From Fidelibacterota bacterium (lineage in GTDB: Bacteria; Fidelibacterota; UBA8477; JABMPR01), in assembly GCA_021734255.1 (NCBI GenBank), contig JAIPJM010000012.1, positions 12,291-76,290 on the forward strand: a stretch of DNA of 64,000 nucleotides. Direction: 5' to 3'. This document shows, piece by piece, positions 39,377 to 49,142 of the stretch. Both the position numbers and the translations under genes were made by a program. Position 1 is the stretch's first letter, and the number at the start of each line of letters is the position of its first letter. Below the pieces are notes generated by a model, which was not told where the DNA came from, searched no databases, and was given only the letters and a program-made list of their open reading frames with translations.

Positions 39377-40213
39377 ATGACACAAATCGGCCGAATGAAC
39401 AATCTGGAGATCTTACGTATCGTAGACCACGGTGCCTACCTGGAGGGCGATGCGGCAGGAGAAATTCTACTGCCCAAACGTGACCTGAACCCTGACAGTC
39501 GTGTCGGAGACCATGTGAGCGTATTCATCTATCTTGATTCAGAGGACAAGATCATTGCCACCACCAGGACACCCAAGGCACAGGTCGGTCAGTTTGCCAG
39601 CCTCAGGGTTGCAGATGTTAGCAAGGTCGGTGCATTCCTCGACTGGGGTCTTTCCAAAGATCTGCTGCTGCCCTTTCAAGAACAAAAAACCAATGTGCAT
39701 GAGGGTCAGTATTATACCGTCTATGTTTACTTTGATAAAGTAAGCGAAAGGATCGTCGCCAGCACCAAGCTGGACAAATTCATCTCAACAGACCCGCCCC
39801 CATTTCAAGCTGGAGAACAGGTTGACCTGCTGGTTGTGGCAAAAACTGATCTGGGTTATAAGACCATCATCAATCACACGCACTGGGGCCTCATATTTAA
39901 AGATGCTGTTTTTAAACCCCTGAAGATCGGATTTTCAGCAAAGGGCTTTATCCAGAAGGTCCGTCCAGATGGTAAGATCGACCTGAGTCTACGCCCACCG
40001 GGCAAGCGTCACCTGGATGCAGTGAGTCAAAAGATATTGGATAAACTGGAATCAGCAGGAGGCTTCCTGGCAATGACCGATAAAACCTCGCCTGAAGAGA
40101 TCTACGAGGTCTTTGGTATTAGCAAGAAGGTGTTTAAGCGGACCCTGGGTGGACTTTACAAGAGACGTCTCGTTCAGCTGGAACCAAAGGGCATCCGCTC
40201 AACAGAAACCTAA
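39377..40213 (+). CDS. CvfB/YitL-family S1-like RNA-binding protein
   Basis: 278 aa. Repeated S1-like segments (G..V.G.V..V...GAFLD) and a C-terminal winged-helix-like region, as in CvfB. Confidence 0.65.
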   Translation: MTQIGRMNNLEILRIVDHGAYLEGDAAGEILLPKRDLNPDSRVGDHVSVFIYLDSEDKIIATTRTPKAQVGQFASLRVADVSKVGAFLDWGLSKDLLLPFQEQKTNVHEGQYYTVYVYFDKVSERIVASTKLDKFISTDPPPFQAGEQVDLLVVAKTDLGYKTIINHTHWGLIFKDAVFKPLKIGFSAKGFIQKVRPDGKIDLSLRPPGKRHLDAVSQKILDKLESAGGFLAMTDKTSPEEIYEVFGISKKVFKRTLGGLYKRRLVQLEPKGIRSTET

Positions 40214-40827
40214 TTCAGCTTCCGGTTGATCTTTTTGATCTCTTCCAGGATCGAATTCAGAACCTCTGTATCAGCTACAGGCTCAAGGTCACCGGACTGC
40301 TCTGATTGTTGATCACTGCGGCTAGCTTTCACCCTCGCCCTCAATTCCTGATGGAGCGAATCAAACTCAACCAATCCATCCAGCCGTCCTTCGTGGATAG
40401 CGGATTGGGGTCCCTGTCCTGCAGTTTGGACGAACAGTGAACCAATGCCGATCCAGCGATCGTAAAGGGAACGATTGAGGGTGAAGTCTGTAACGGCTGA
40501 ATAGGGAATGCTTACCTTTTTTTTGGTCAGGATGCCCTTCTGAATCATCAGTCGTTCTGATTCCACCGAGTAGTTCAGATTGATGAACCAGAGATAGCGC
40601 AGCCCAGGAGTAAGGATCCAGATTACAAGCAGAGAGTACAGTGGCCAGGGCCACATATTTCGAATGAATTGATCATTCGATACGTCTGGATCAAGTCCCA
40701 CCACCAGCAAGTGAATAATGAGAAACCCCAGTATCACAACGAGCGATATTGTCAGGAGTGTGTAGATCTCTTTTTTTAATAGCAGACTTACGTTTGGTTT
40801 GATTTCCATAATTACCCCCTTTGGCAA
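40210..40827 (-). CDS. membrane protein with bacterial PH (bPH_2/YdbS-like) domain
   Basis: Two N-terminal TM helices then a PH-like segment (IPYSAVTDFTLNRSLYDRWIGIGSLFVQTAG). Confidence 0.6.
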   Translation of the reverse strand: MPKGVIMEIKPNVSLLLKKEIYTLLTISLVVILGFLIIHLLVVGLDPDVSNDQFIRNMWPWPLYSLLVIWILTPGLRYLWFINLNYSVESERLMIQKGILTKKKVSIPYSAVTDFTLNRSLYDRWIGIGSLFVQTAGQGPQSAIHEGRLDGLVEFDSLHQELRARVKASRSDQQSEQSGDLEPVADTEVLNSILEEIKKINRKLN

Positions 40828-40846
40828 TTCGTCGAGAATTAATGTC

Positions 40847-40975
40847 TGTCATCCTGAACAGAGTAGAGCGCCGTGAAGGATCTTGGTCCATTGTATCGTG
40901 ACTGGATCAAGATTCTTCCACTTCGCACTTCGCACTTCGACAGGCTCAGTGTGACAGCTCAGTGTCAGAATGACA
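40847..40975. repeat. MITE-like element of the same family as 3892-3984 (TIR TGTCATCCTGA / TCAGAATGACA)
   Basis: Terminal inverted repeats at 40847-40857 and 40965-40975. The internal CTGGATCAAGATTCTTC (40902-40918) is the RC of the GAAGAATCTTGATCCAG found in copy A. Contains short tandem CACTTCG x3 and CTCAGTGT x2 repeats. Confidence 0.55.
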
Positions 40976-40983
40976 ATTAGTTT

Positions 40984-42678
40984 CTAATCAAGTTCCTTCG
41001 GCTGCATCTCGATATATTTCTGCTCATCTACTTCATCAATATACTTGGGATCAAGATACTCATCTGCATATTCCCGATAGACCTTTTCCTTGAGGAAAAC
41101 GTCAAACAGGTCCGGATCGATGTGGTGGTCGATCTTGAAAAAGCCCATGATCCGCATGGCTTCAGACAAGGTTTTCCCTTTCTTGTAGGGACGATCACTA
41201 GCCGTTAGTGCTTCAAAAATATCTGCAATTCCCATTATCCTGGCCTGAATTGACATATCATCTTTTGTCAGTCCCTTGGGATAGCCAGTACCGATCATGG
41301 TCTCGTGGTGCCCACCAGCGAACTCCGGCACACGCTTCAGATGTTTCGGGAAGGGTAGTTTTTCCAGCATATCTATGGTGACCACAATGTGATCATTGAT
41401 CTTGTCACGCTCAGAATTGGTCAGTGTGCCCCGTGAAATATTCAGGTTCATCACCCAATCTTCACTGAGCAGATCCTGTTCTTCACCATTCAGAACGATC
41501 TTCTGTTTAGCGATCTCTTTGACCCGATCTTTAAGCTCATCCGCCATAAACTCGCCACCGGTATTGCACTGGTTCAGGAACAGCCGGTCGCTTTCCAGCT
41601 GGATCAGACGGGCATCGTAATCGTCTCTATACTGCTCTTTCTGGTCCGGATCTGCCTGAATAGCCTTCAAGTACTCAATTTCCGCATCTCGTTTCAGAAT
41701 TTCAAACCGCGCATTCAGCTCATGTACCCGATCATAGATGGTTTCAAGTTTGGTCGCCTTATCGACAACGTACTCCGGAGTGGTGATCTTGCCAACATCA
41801 TGGAGCCAGGCTGCTATCCTGAGTTCATCCATATCTTCCTTGGTGAATTGGACATCTGCATACTGTCCTTCTTTTGTCTCGTTCACCTTTTCCGCCAACA
41901 TCATGGCAATGGCCGGGACACGTGAGCAGTGACCGCCCGTGTAGGGTGATTTCTCATCAATGGCATCCGCGATCAATTGAATGAATGATTCTAATAAATT
42001 CTCAAGACCCTCAATCAATCTCACATTCGTAATTGCCACCGCTGCCTGACTGGCAAGGGATTCGATGAGCTTTTGTGTGTCCTTGGAAAATGGAATCACC
42101 TGACCTGTGCCAGGGTTTGTTGCATTCAACAACTGAAGTACACCAATGATGTCATTCTCATGATTTTTCATGGCAATGGTGAGGAAAGATTGAGAACGAT
42201 AACCGAATCTTTGATCAAAGCCCTTGGCCCCAGAAAAGTCAAACTCATCATTCTCATAGGCATCCGGAATATTCAGCGTGTTCCCCGTTAGCCCGACATA
42301 GGCTGAAACATTATGATGATTGGGCTCGCCATCTTCAGTGTACAGCTTCACCGGATAGATCTGGTCTGGTATGGGTGTTTCACTGATCCCGCCAAAATCG
42401 GTACCCATGGTTTTGTTTTTCATGATCTCGAAAGCCAGTCGATCATCGTCTGTGCGCAGGTAGAGTGTACCACCGTCTGCATTGGTAATGCGCATTCCCT
42501 CAACAATGATGAGGTTCAGCAGGGTTGGCAGGTCCCGCTCATAGGACAGCTGATATCCGATCTCTGCCAGATTGTCTATCTGGACCTCACACTGGTTGAT
42601 ATAGTCCAAAACCTCTGGGTCTACCTTTTCCAGATATGCTTTTACGTCAGATCGATTTATGTATGATTTGTTGGTCAT
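40984..42678 (-). CDS. GAF domain / HD-GYP domain cyclic-di-GMP phosphodiesterase-type protein
   Basis: HD motif (AAWLHDVGKI) and GYP motif (HHETMIGTGYPKGL). The N-terminal GAF-like region is ~200 aa. Confidence 0.8.
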   Translation of the reverse strand: MTNKSYINRSDVKAYLEKVDPEVLDYINQCEVQIDNLAEIGYQLSYERDLPTLLNLIIVEGMRITNADGGTLYLRTDDDRLAFEIMKNKTMGTDFGGISETPIPDQIYPVKLYTEDGEPNHHNVSAYVGLTGNTLNIPDAYENDEFDFSGAKGFDQRFGYRSQSFLTIAMKNHENDIIGVLQLLNATNPGTGQVIPFSKDTQKLIESLASQAAVAITNVRLIEGLENLLESFIQLIADAIDEKSPYTGGHCSRVPAIAMMLAEKVNETKEGQYADVQFTKEDMDELRIAAWLHDVGKITTPEYVVDKATKLETIYDRVHELNARFEILKRDAEIEYLKAIQADPDQKEQYRDDYDARLIQLESDRLFLNQCNTGGEFMADELKDRVKEIAKQKIVLNGEEQDLLSEDWVMNLNISRGTLTNSERDKINDHIVVTIDMLEKLPFPKHLKRVPEFAGGHHETMIGTGYPKGLTKDDMSIQARIMGIADIFEALTASDRPYKKGKTLSEAMRIMGFFKIDHHIDPDLFDVFLKEKVYREYADEYLDPKYIDEVDEQKYIEMQPKELD

Positions 42679-42835
42679 CCAAGTTCTCCAGGTGTTTCAA
42701 AACAACGTGAAATATTAAAATAATCCAAAGAACTTTGAAAGGGGTGTTTATTTATCTGAAACCGTTAAGATTTCGTTGATGTGTTAATCCCTGAATCATA
42801 TTAACTTTTGTTCATCGCCTAAAGAAGGAGCCTTC

Positions 42836-44149
42836 ATGAAGAAAACCCTCGTTCTGGATACCAATGTCATTTTGCACGACAGCGACTGCATCTATCACTT
42901 CGAGGACAATGATATTGTTCTACCCATCGCTGTTCTAGAGGAACTGGATCACTTTAAAAAAGGTAACGATGTCCTGAATTACCATGCGCGAGCCTTTGTC
43001 CGCATCATCGATGATCTCTCTTCTGAAAAAATGTTTGAAGACGGTGTAAAGCTTGGGTCCAAACGTGGTATCTTCAGGGTGGAATTGAACTCCACCAGTG
43101 AAGATCTCTTTGGTGTTTTCACCGAAGATATCACCGACCATCGCATTCTTTACACAGCTTATGAATTGGCGAAGACGGAGAAACAGCGTGTGGTTCTCGT
43201 CAGCAAAGACATGAATCTCCGCTTAAAAGCCAAGGCTGTTGGTCTGGAAGCCCAGGATTATTTCACTGACAAAGTCGCCAGTGTGGAAGAGCTGTATACC
43301 GGTAAATCAATCGAGGAGGGCACGTCATCAGAATTGATAGACAGACTTTATAAGGCTCCCTTTGAAGTCCCCTTTGATGATGCCGGGATCAAGGAAACAC
43401 CCTACCCCTGGCATCACTTCATCATGAAGAATGATCAGAAATCAGCCCTGACGGTGTATAATCCCAACCAGGACCTGCTCCAGCGCCTGGATAAGCGTGC
43501 TGCCCACGGTATTATTCCGAGAAATGCTGAACAACTCTTTGCCCTGGACCTGTTGACCAATGATGAGATCCCGCTGGTTTCCGTCACCGGTAAGGCAGGA
43601 ACAGGGAAAACATTGTTAGCTCTGGCTGCTGCCATGGAAAAACGTCGCTCCTATCGACAGATCTTTATCGCGCGTCCTATCGTACCTTTGAGCAATAAGG
43701 ATATTGGATATCTCCCCGGTGATATCAAATCCAAGATCGACCCTTATCTGCAGCCCTTATGGGATAATCTCAAGGTCATCCAGAACCAGTATTTAAACAA
43801 TAATTCGGAATTCGAGAAGATCAACCGGCTGGTGGAGGAAGAAAAGATCGTCATCGCACCACTTACGTATATACGTGGTCGCAGTCTGCAAAAGATCTTC
43901 TTTATCGTGGATGAAGCTCAAAACCTGACACCGCACGAGATCAAAACCATCATCACCCGGGCAGGTGAAGGGACCAAGGTTGTATTTACTGGAGATATCT
44001 TCCAGATCGATCATCCTTTTCTTGACAGTCAATCAAATGGCCTTTCCTACCTCATCGATCGATTCAAAGGACAGCGCTTATACGCCCACATGAACCTGGA
44101 GAAGGGCGAACGCTCACCGCTGGCTGAACTTGCATCCAACTTGTTGTAA
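42836..44149 (+). CDS. PhoH2 (PIN domain fused to PhoH-like ATPase)
   Basis: N-terminal PIN (LVLDTNVILHD). PhoH P-loop VSVTGKAGTGKTLLALA. DEAQN Walker B. Confidence 0.85.
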   Translation: MKKTLVLDTNVILHDSDCIYHFEDNDIVLPIAVLEELDHFKKGNDVLNYHARAFVRIIDDLSSEKMFEDGVKLGSKRGIFRVELNSTSEDLFGVFTEDITDHRILYTAYELAKTEKQRVVLVSKDMNLRLKAKAVGLEAQDYFTDKVASVEELYTGKSIEEGTSSELIDRLYKAPFEVPFDDAGIKETPYPWHHFIMKNDQKSALTVYNPNQDLLQRLDKRAAHGIIPRNAEQLFALDLLTNDEIPLVSVTGKAGTGKTLLALAAAMEKRRSYRQIFIARPIVPLSNKDIGYLPGDIKSKIDPYLQPLWDNLKVIQNQYLNNNSEFEKINRLVEEEKIVIAPLTYIRGRSLQKIFFIVDEAQNLTPHEIKTIITRAGEGTKVVFTGDIFQIDHPFLDSQSNGLSYLIDRFKGQRLYAHMNLEKGERSPLAELASNLL

Positions 44150-44181
44150 TGCAGTATTGGGAAACTTAAGGGTCAGATGAA

Positions 44182-44652
44182 ATGGATATGGCAGTAAAAG
44201 AAAAAACATACAGCGATGTCACCCGGAACATTCAAGCGCTTATCGAAGGCGAAACGGACCGGATCACTGTCATGTCAACCATTGCCTGTGAACTGTTCCA
44301 GGCCTTTGATCAATGGAACTGGGTCGGCTTTTACCGACGGGTAGATGAAAGAACTTTGAAGGTGGGTCCCTACCAGGGAACCCATGGCTGTCTGACCATT
44401 GATCTTGACCGGGGGGTCTGTGGAAAATGTGTCCGCGAGAAAAGTATTCAGGTTGAGAATGATGTTCAATCCATTCCACACCACATCGCCTGCTCCGAGG
44501 ATACCCAGGCTGAGATCGTACTGCCGGTGACAGACTCAAATGGCATTGTTCAAGCCGTACTGGATATTGACTCTCTGGAGCTCAATAATTTTGATGAGGT
44601 AGATGAGAAATACCTGACGGATATCTGTAGCTTCGTTTCTCAGCTGTTTTGA
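44182..44652 (+). CDS. GAF-domain protein, free methionine-(R)-sulfoxide reductase (fRMsr/YebR)-like
   Basis: WVGFYRR...GPYQGTHGCLTIDLDRGVCGKC matches the fRMsr GAF family, including the conserved Cys trio. Confidence 0.75.
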   Translation: MDMAVKEKTYSDVTRNIQALIEGETDRITVMSTIACELFQAFDQWNWVGFYRRVDERTLKVGPYQGTHGCLTIDLDRGVCGKCVREKSIQVENDVQSIPHHIACSEDTQAEIVLPVTDSNGIVQAVLDIDSLELNNFDEVDEKYLTDICSFVSQLF

Positions 44653-44821
44653 ATTCCTAATTGAGCAATCGATTTGATGGCAAGTTCAGAAGGGTCGTAT
44701 CGCGATACGCCCCACCATACTTTACTGCCGTTTTTTGCTGTTTAAGACCGGCTTCGTTTTTCGGTTTTTGTTTGGGAATAATGACCCCGGGCTGAAGCCC
44801 AGGGCTAAAAGAAGCACCTTG

Positions 44822-45340
44822 TCAGAAGAGGGTAGGTCTTGTTTCCTTTGCTTCATGATCCAGGAGATAGCGTTTCACTGCTAAACCTCCTGCATAGCCA
44901 CCCAAACCACCCCCCGTCTGGATCACCCGGTGACAGGGTACAACAATAGAAATTGGGTTCCTGCCGTTGGCAGTTCCAACCGCACGGATACCGCCAGGAT
45001 TATCCAGCCGATTAGCCAGCTCAGCATAGGTAATCGTTTCTCCGAATGGAATGGTGAGCAGTTCGTTCCAGACCGTCTCCTGAAACGGTGTGCCCTTCAG
45101 ATAAAGGGGTATTTCAAACACCTCTCTGGATCCAGAGAAATAGTCGTTCAGTTGGTCCATGATTGGCTGGAGGGGCTGTTGTGAATCAGCCCGATCTGCA
45201 TCTGGATCGATCCGCTGCAGATGCTCATACAACTGTCGCTCAGCAGCAGGTCCGGTGGTAAGCGCACATAATTTGGTCCCATGGCTAGCCAGACAAAGGG
45301 GACCTGCGTCTGTTTTCATTGAGCCTGTATGGAAGGTCAT
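44822..45340 (-). CDS. ogt: methylated-DNA--protein-cysteine methyltransferase
   Basis: Active-site PCHRV motif (VVPCHRVIQTGGGLGGY). Confidence 0.85.
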   Translation of the reverse strand: MTFHTGSMKTDAGPLCLASHGTKLCALTTGPAAERQLYEHLQRIDPDADRADSQQPLQPIMDQLNDYFSGSREVFEIPLYLKGTPFQETVWNELLTIPFGETITYAELANRLDNPGGIRAVGTANGRNPISIVVPCHRVIQTGGGLGGYAGGLAVKRYLLDHEAKETRPTLF

Positions 45341-45348
45341 TAAATCTG

Positions 45349-45756
45349 CTATTTCAGGAACCAGGCAATTCTGTTCTGTAGCTCATCCCTGGTTTTTCTA
45401 TAATCCGGAAGTTTGGATTCATCAACATCCCAACCATGGAAGGGATCCTTGGTACTCCAGTGGATACGCTCCACATCGCCTGGAAAGGTGGGGCAGGTTT
45501 TGGCTGCATGGTCACAGACGCTGATCACAATATCAATCCCGGCATCCAGGTACATTTCAACATCATCCGAGCTTTGGTCCCTAATGTCTATGTCGAGCTC
45601 ATCCATGACCAGGATGGACATAGGGTGGACCTTGCTGGGTTCTACACCGGCTGAGTAAACTTCAAATTTATCCCCAGCCATCCGCCGTAATAGACCTTCG
45701 GCCATCTGGGACCGACATGAATTCCCGGTACAGAGAAATAAAACTTTTTTCTTCAT
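45349..45756 (-). CDS. arsC: arsenate reductase, thioredoxin-coupled LMW-PTP family
   Basis: LCTGNSCRSQMAEG P-loop identical to B. subtilis ArsC. Downstream Cys pair (VCDHAAKTCP). Confidence 0.75.
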   Translation of the reverse strand: MKKKVLFLCTGNSCRSQMAEGLLRRMAGDKFEVYSAGVEPSKVHPMSILVMDELDIDIRDQSSDDVEMYLDAGIDIVISVCDHAAKTCPTFPGDVERIHWSTKDPFHGWDVDESKLPDYRKTRDELQNRIAWFLK

Positions 45757-45759
45757 ATT

Positions 45760-46251
45760 CTATCCATTATAAAAGTACACGATTTGCCATTCGTCCGAGA
45801 GCTGTCCCGCAAGATAGCCGCCACCATAGGAGACTCCGCCGACCAGCGCCAAGGTCATTACTTTTTCTCCAACAGTAGGGGTGTACTCAATTTCTACACC
45901 ATCTTCCATTTGGGTTGCTTTGGGATTATTGATCATTGTTAAGAGCATAAATCCGGCACAGCTACCCCCACAATATTTACCAAACTTTTTTGCCTTCCCC
46001 TGTTTTGCCATGATCTGACTGATCTCAGAGAGTTGGTAGCTTTGCTCCACACCCCTGACTTCCATACTCGCCCTGTCCATAAATATTTGTAGGCTTTTTC
46101 CCTCAAGAATAAACCCTTTTTTCAACATGATCTTACCTTTGGCATATGCTTGCAGCGCACCCTGTGCTGGCGTAAAAGCGGTAAGCAACCCCAGCATAAT
46201 TGCGACAATCACTAATTTTCGTCCCGTGGATCGCATCGGCATTCTCCTCAA
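45760..46251 (-). CDS. secreted hypothetical protein (first gene of a putative three-gene operon with arsC and ogt)
   Basis: Signal peptide, Gly-rich C-terminus. 4-bp spacing to arsC. Confidence 0.45.
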   Translation of the reverse strand: MRRMPMRSTGRKLVIVAIMLGLLTAFTPAQGALQAYAKGKIMLKKGFILEGKSLQIFMDRASMEVRGVEQSYQLSEISQIMAKQGKAKKFGKYCGGSCAGFMLLTMINNPKATQMEDGVEIEYTPTVGEKVMTLALVGGVSYGGGYLAGQLSDEWQIVYFYNG

Positions 46252-46408
46252 ATCTCCGTCCTGGCCGAAAGCCTAATTTAGTCTCAAATAATGACAGGAA
46301 AAGAGAAACACTCTCACACATCGGCTTACTTAATAATTTGAGAAACATCGTGTTTTCATTATATTGTTAGCCACAATGATTAATTAACATTTTATTTGTT
46401 AGGTTATT

Positions 46409-46894
46409 ATGAGTATTGACAAAACAGACAAAAAGATACTGGATATCTTACAGTCTGAAGGGCGCATCACGAATGCTGAACTCGCCAGGCGCATTAATAT
46501 GTCTCCGCCACCCACCCTGGAGCGAGTAAAAAAACTGGAGCGCAACGGATATATCCAGAATTACGTCGCCCTGGTCAATCCTACTGTTATGGGTTTTACC
46601 TGCTTTACCTATGTTGAGGTGACGCTGGTACGCCATGGGACAGAGCGTGTTGAAAAATTCATCAAATCAATCACTGAGCTGGATCGGGTCATGGAGTGTC
46701 ATCACATTACGGGCAGTGCGGACTTTTTGATCAAAGTCGCCAGCAAGGACATTCCGGACTATGAAGATTTTGTTCTCCGGACCTTAACATCACTGCCAGA
46801 AGTACAGAACTTGAAAACACTTGTGGTCCTGTCCACCCTGAAACACAAAACCAGGCTACCCAGTTATGCGACAGATGTTGAGGAGGGTAACTAG
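46409..46894 (+). CDS. lrp: Lrp/AsnC family transcriptional regulator
   Basis: DKTDKKILDILQSEGRITNAELARRINMSPPPTLERVKKLE HTH plus RAM domain. Confidence 0.85.
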   Translation: MSIDKTDKKILDILQSEGRITNAELARRINMSPPPTLERVKKLERNGYIQNYVALVNPTVMGFTCFTYVEVTLVRHGTERVEKFIKSITELDRVMECHHITGSADFLIKVASKDIPDYEDFVLRTLTSLPEVQNLKTLVVLSTLKHKTRLPSYATDVEEGN

Positions 46895-46896
46895 GT

Positions 46897-47922
46897 ATGG
46901 CGAAAGTACATCGGATCATACTCCTTGGCTTTGGAACGGTGGCAAAAGGGCTGTGTCAGATCATCAGCGACAAACATGCGGAGCTGATGAGAAGCCACCA
47001 TGTCGACCTCAGGATCGTTACTGTGGTAACACGCTCACGCGGTGCCATGAATAATCCTGATGGCATCCCCATCGCTGAGCTACTTCAGCTGACGGAGCAT
47101 TCAAGACCCTTTTCTGCTCATGTCGTGGACTGGGACACTGAAACGGCAATTCTGAATTCAACAGCTGATACTGTGGTTGAGCTCACGCATACCAACATTG
47201 ATACTGGACAACCGGCCCTCAGCTACTGCCGAGCGGCACTCAATGCCGGGAAACACCTGGTGTGCGGAAATAAAGGTCCCGCCACGGTAGCCTATACAGA
47301 ACTGAGCCGACTGGCCCAGGAAAACAACACCCGTTTTCTAAATGAAGCAACCGTGCTCAGCGGGACACCCGTACTTAGCCTGGTCCGTACAGTGCTGGCC
47401 GGAAACCAGATCACTCGTATCCGTGGCATTCTGAATGGGGCTACCAATTTCATTCTCACCGAAATGGAAGCTGGCAGCTCGTCCGAAGCGGCACTCTCAG
47501 AAGCCGAAGCGCGTGGCTACCTGGAGGCTGACCACAGCGCAGACATCGATGGTCTGGATGCTCAGGCCAAACTCGTGATCCTGGCAAACGAACTCATGGG
47601 GCTTTCATTAAAACCTGGCGATGTCAAACGAAGCGGAATAGCTGACATTCGCGCAGTTGACATCAGGACTGCCGCTGATGAGGATATGCGCTGGAAATTG
47701 ATCGGCTCCATCGAATTAACAGAACAGGGGGCTCATGCTGAGGTAAAGCCGGAGAAGGTCAGCATGAATGATCCGCTCGCACATGTTATGGGAACAACGA
47801 ATTCGATCACGCTCAGTACTGACCTGCTTGGTGATGTGACCATCTCAGGTCCAGGCGCCGGAAGTGTTGAAACCGGCTATGGCGTCCTATCAGATTTGCT
47901 AACGATAATTTCAGAGGTTTAA
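46897..47922 (+). CDS. hom: homoserine dehydrogenase (no ACT domain)
   Basis: N-terminal Rossmann LLGFGTVAKG and homoserine-DH catalytic-domain similarity. 341 aa. Confidence 0.75.
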   Translation: MAKVHRIILLGFGTVAKGLCQIISDKHAELMRSHHVDLRIVTVVTRSRGAMNNPDGIPIAELLQLTEHSRPFSAHVVDWDTETAILNSTADTVVELTHTNIDTGQPALSYCRAALNAGKHLVCGNKGPATVAYTELSRLAQENNTRFLNEATVLSGTPVLSLVRTVLAGNQITRIRGILNGATNFILTEMEAGSSSEAALSEAEARGYLEADHSADIDGLDAQAKLVILANELMGLSLKPGDVKRSGIADIRAVDIRTAADEDMRWKLIGSIELTEQGAHAEVKPEKVSMNDPLAHVMGTTNSITLSTDLLGDVTISGPGAGSVETGYGVLSDLLTIISEV

Positions 47923-47923
47923 C

Positions 47924-49114
47924 ATGAGTCTAGATCTCAAGAATAAAGGGATCAACACCCGGGTTACCCACGCAGGCAAAAATCCGGATTCCGTTCACGG
48001 AAGCGTGTCGGTCCCTATTTACCAGACATCTACATTCAAATTTCGGGATGCTGATCATGGTGCTCGTTTGTTTGAAGGAGAAGAAGAAGGGTACATCTAT
48101 ACCCGGGTTGGCAACCCAACGGTCAACACCCTTGAGGAAGCTGTTGCTGAGCTTGAGAATGGATATGCCGGGATCGCTACTGCCACAGGGATGGCTGCTG
48201 TCACTGCCATATACATGACCTACCTGGAATCAGGTGCGCATATGATCGGGACTGACTCGATCTACGGCTCCTCCCGGATGGTTATTGAAAATGAGTTCAG
48301 CCGCTTCGGTGTGGAGTCTTCTTTTATCGACACTGCTGATCTAAACAATGTTCGAGCAGCCGTGCGGGATAACACCCGCCTGATCTACATTGAGACACCT
48401 TCGAATCCAACGATCAAACTGACGGATATCCAGGCTATCGCCCAAATAGCCCACGACAATGATGCACTTCTGGTGGTGGATAACACATTTATGAGCCCCA
48501 TTTTACAGAACCCCCTGGCATTGGGGGCAGACATCGTTCTCCACAGTATCACCAAGTATATCAATGGTCACACAGACGTGGTCGGCGGGGTCATCATCAC
48601 AAAAACAGAAACAGATTTTACACGCATTCGACTCGTAGTGAATGCCACCGGTGGCACCATGGATCCCCACCAGAGCTGGCTGGTCCTGCGAGGTTTGCGT
48701 ACGCTAACATTAAGAGTGAAACGTGCTGAAGAGAACGCCCAAAAACTGGCTGAGTTTCTGGAGGAACACCCAAAAGTTGAGTGGGTGCGCTATCCCGGCT
48801 TACCATCTCACCCCCAGCATGAACTGGCTCAGCGACAGATGCGGGGCTTTGGCTCCATGATCAGTTTTGAAATCAAAGGTGGCCTCAAGGCTGGCAAGGT
48901 CGTCATGAATAATGTAAGGATTCCTCAGCTTGCTGTCTCTTTAGGTGGATATGAATCATTGATCCAGCATCCGGTCTCCATGACCCACCACAATATTCCC
49001 CCGAGCGAGCGATTGAAGTCCAATATCACTGATGGACTGGTTCGACTCGCCGTTGGAACAGAAGATGTCGAAGATCTGCAGGCAGACCTTGAACAGGCGC
49101 TTGCCCTGGTATAG
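47924..49114 (+). CDS. metB: PLP-dependent Cys/Met-metabolism enzyme (cystathionine gamma-synthase / methionine gamma-lyase / MetZ family)
   Basis: PLP lysine motif HSITKYINGHTDVVGG. Co-operonic with hom. Confidence 0.8.
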   Translation: MSLDLKNKGINTRVTHAGKNPDSVHGSVSVPIYQTSTFKFRDADHGARLFEGEEEGYIYTRVGNPTVNTLEEAVAELENGYAGIATATGMAAVTAIYMTYLESGAHMIGTDSIYGSSRMVIENEFSRFGVESSFIDTADLNNVRAAVRDNTRLIYIETPSNPTIKLTDIQAIAQIAHDNDALLVVDNTFMSPILQNPLALGADIVLHSITKYINGHTDVVGGVIITKTETDFTRIRLVVNATGGTMDPHQSWLVLRGLRTLTLRVKRAEENAQKLAEFLEEHPKVEWVRYPGLPSHPQHELAQRQMRGFGSMISFEIKGGLKAGKVVMNNVRIPQLAVSLGGYESLIQHPVSMTHHNIPPSERLKSNITDGLVRLAVGTEDVEDLQADLEQALALV

Positions 49115-49142
49115 CTGGCGATCTAAATTCAAAACAACAGTC

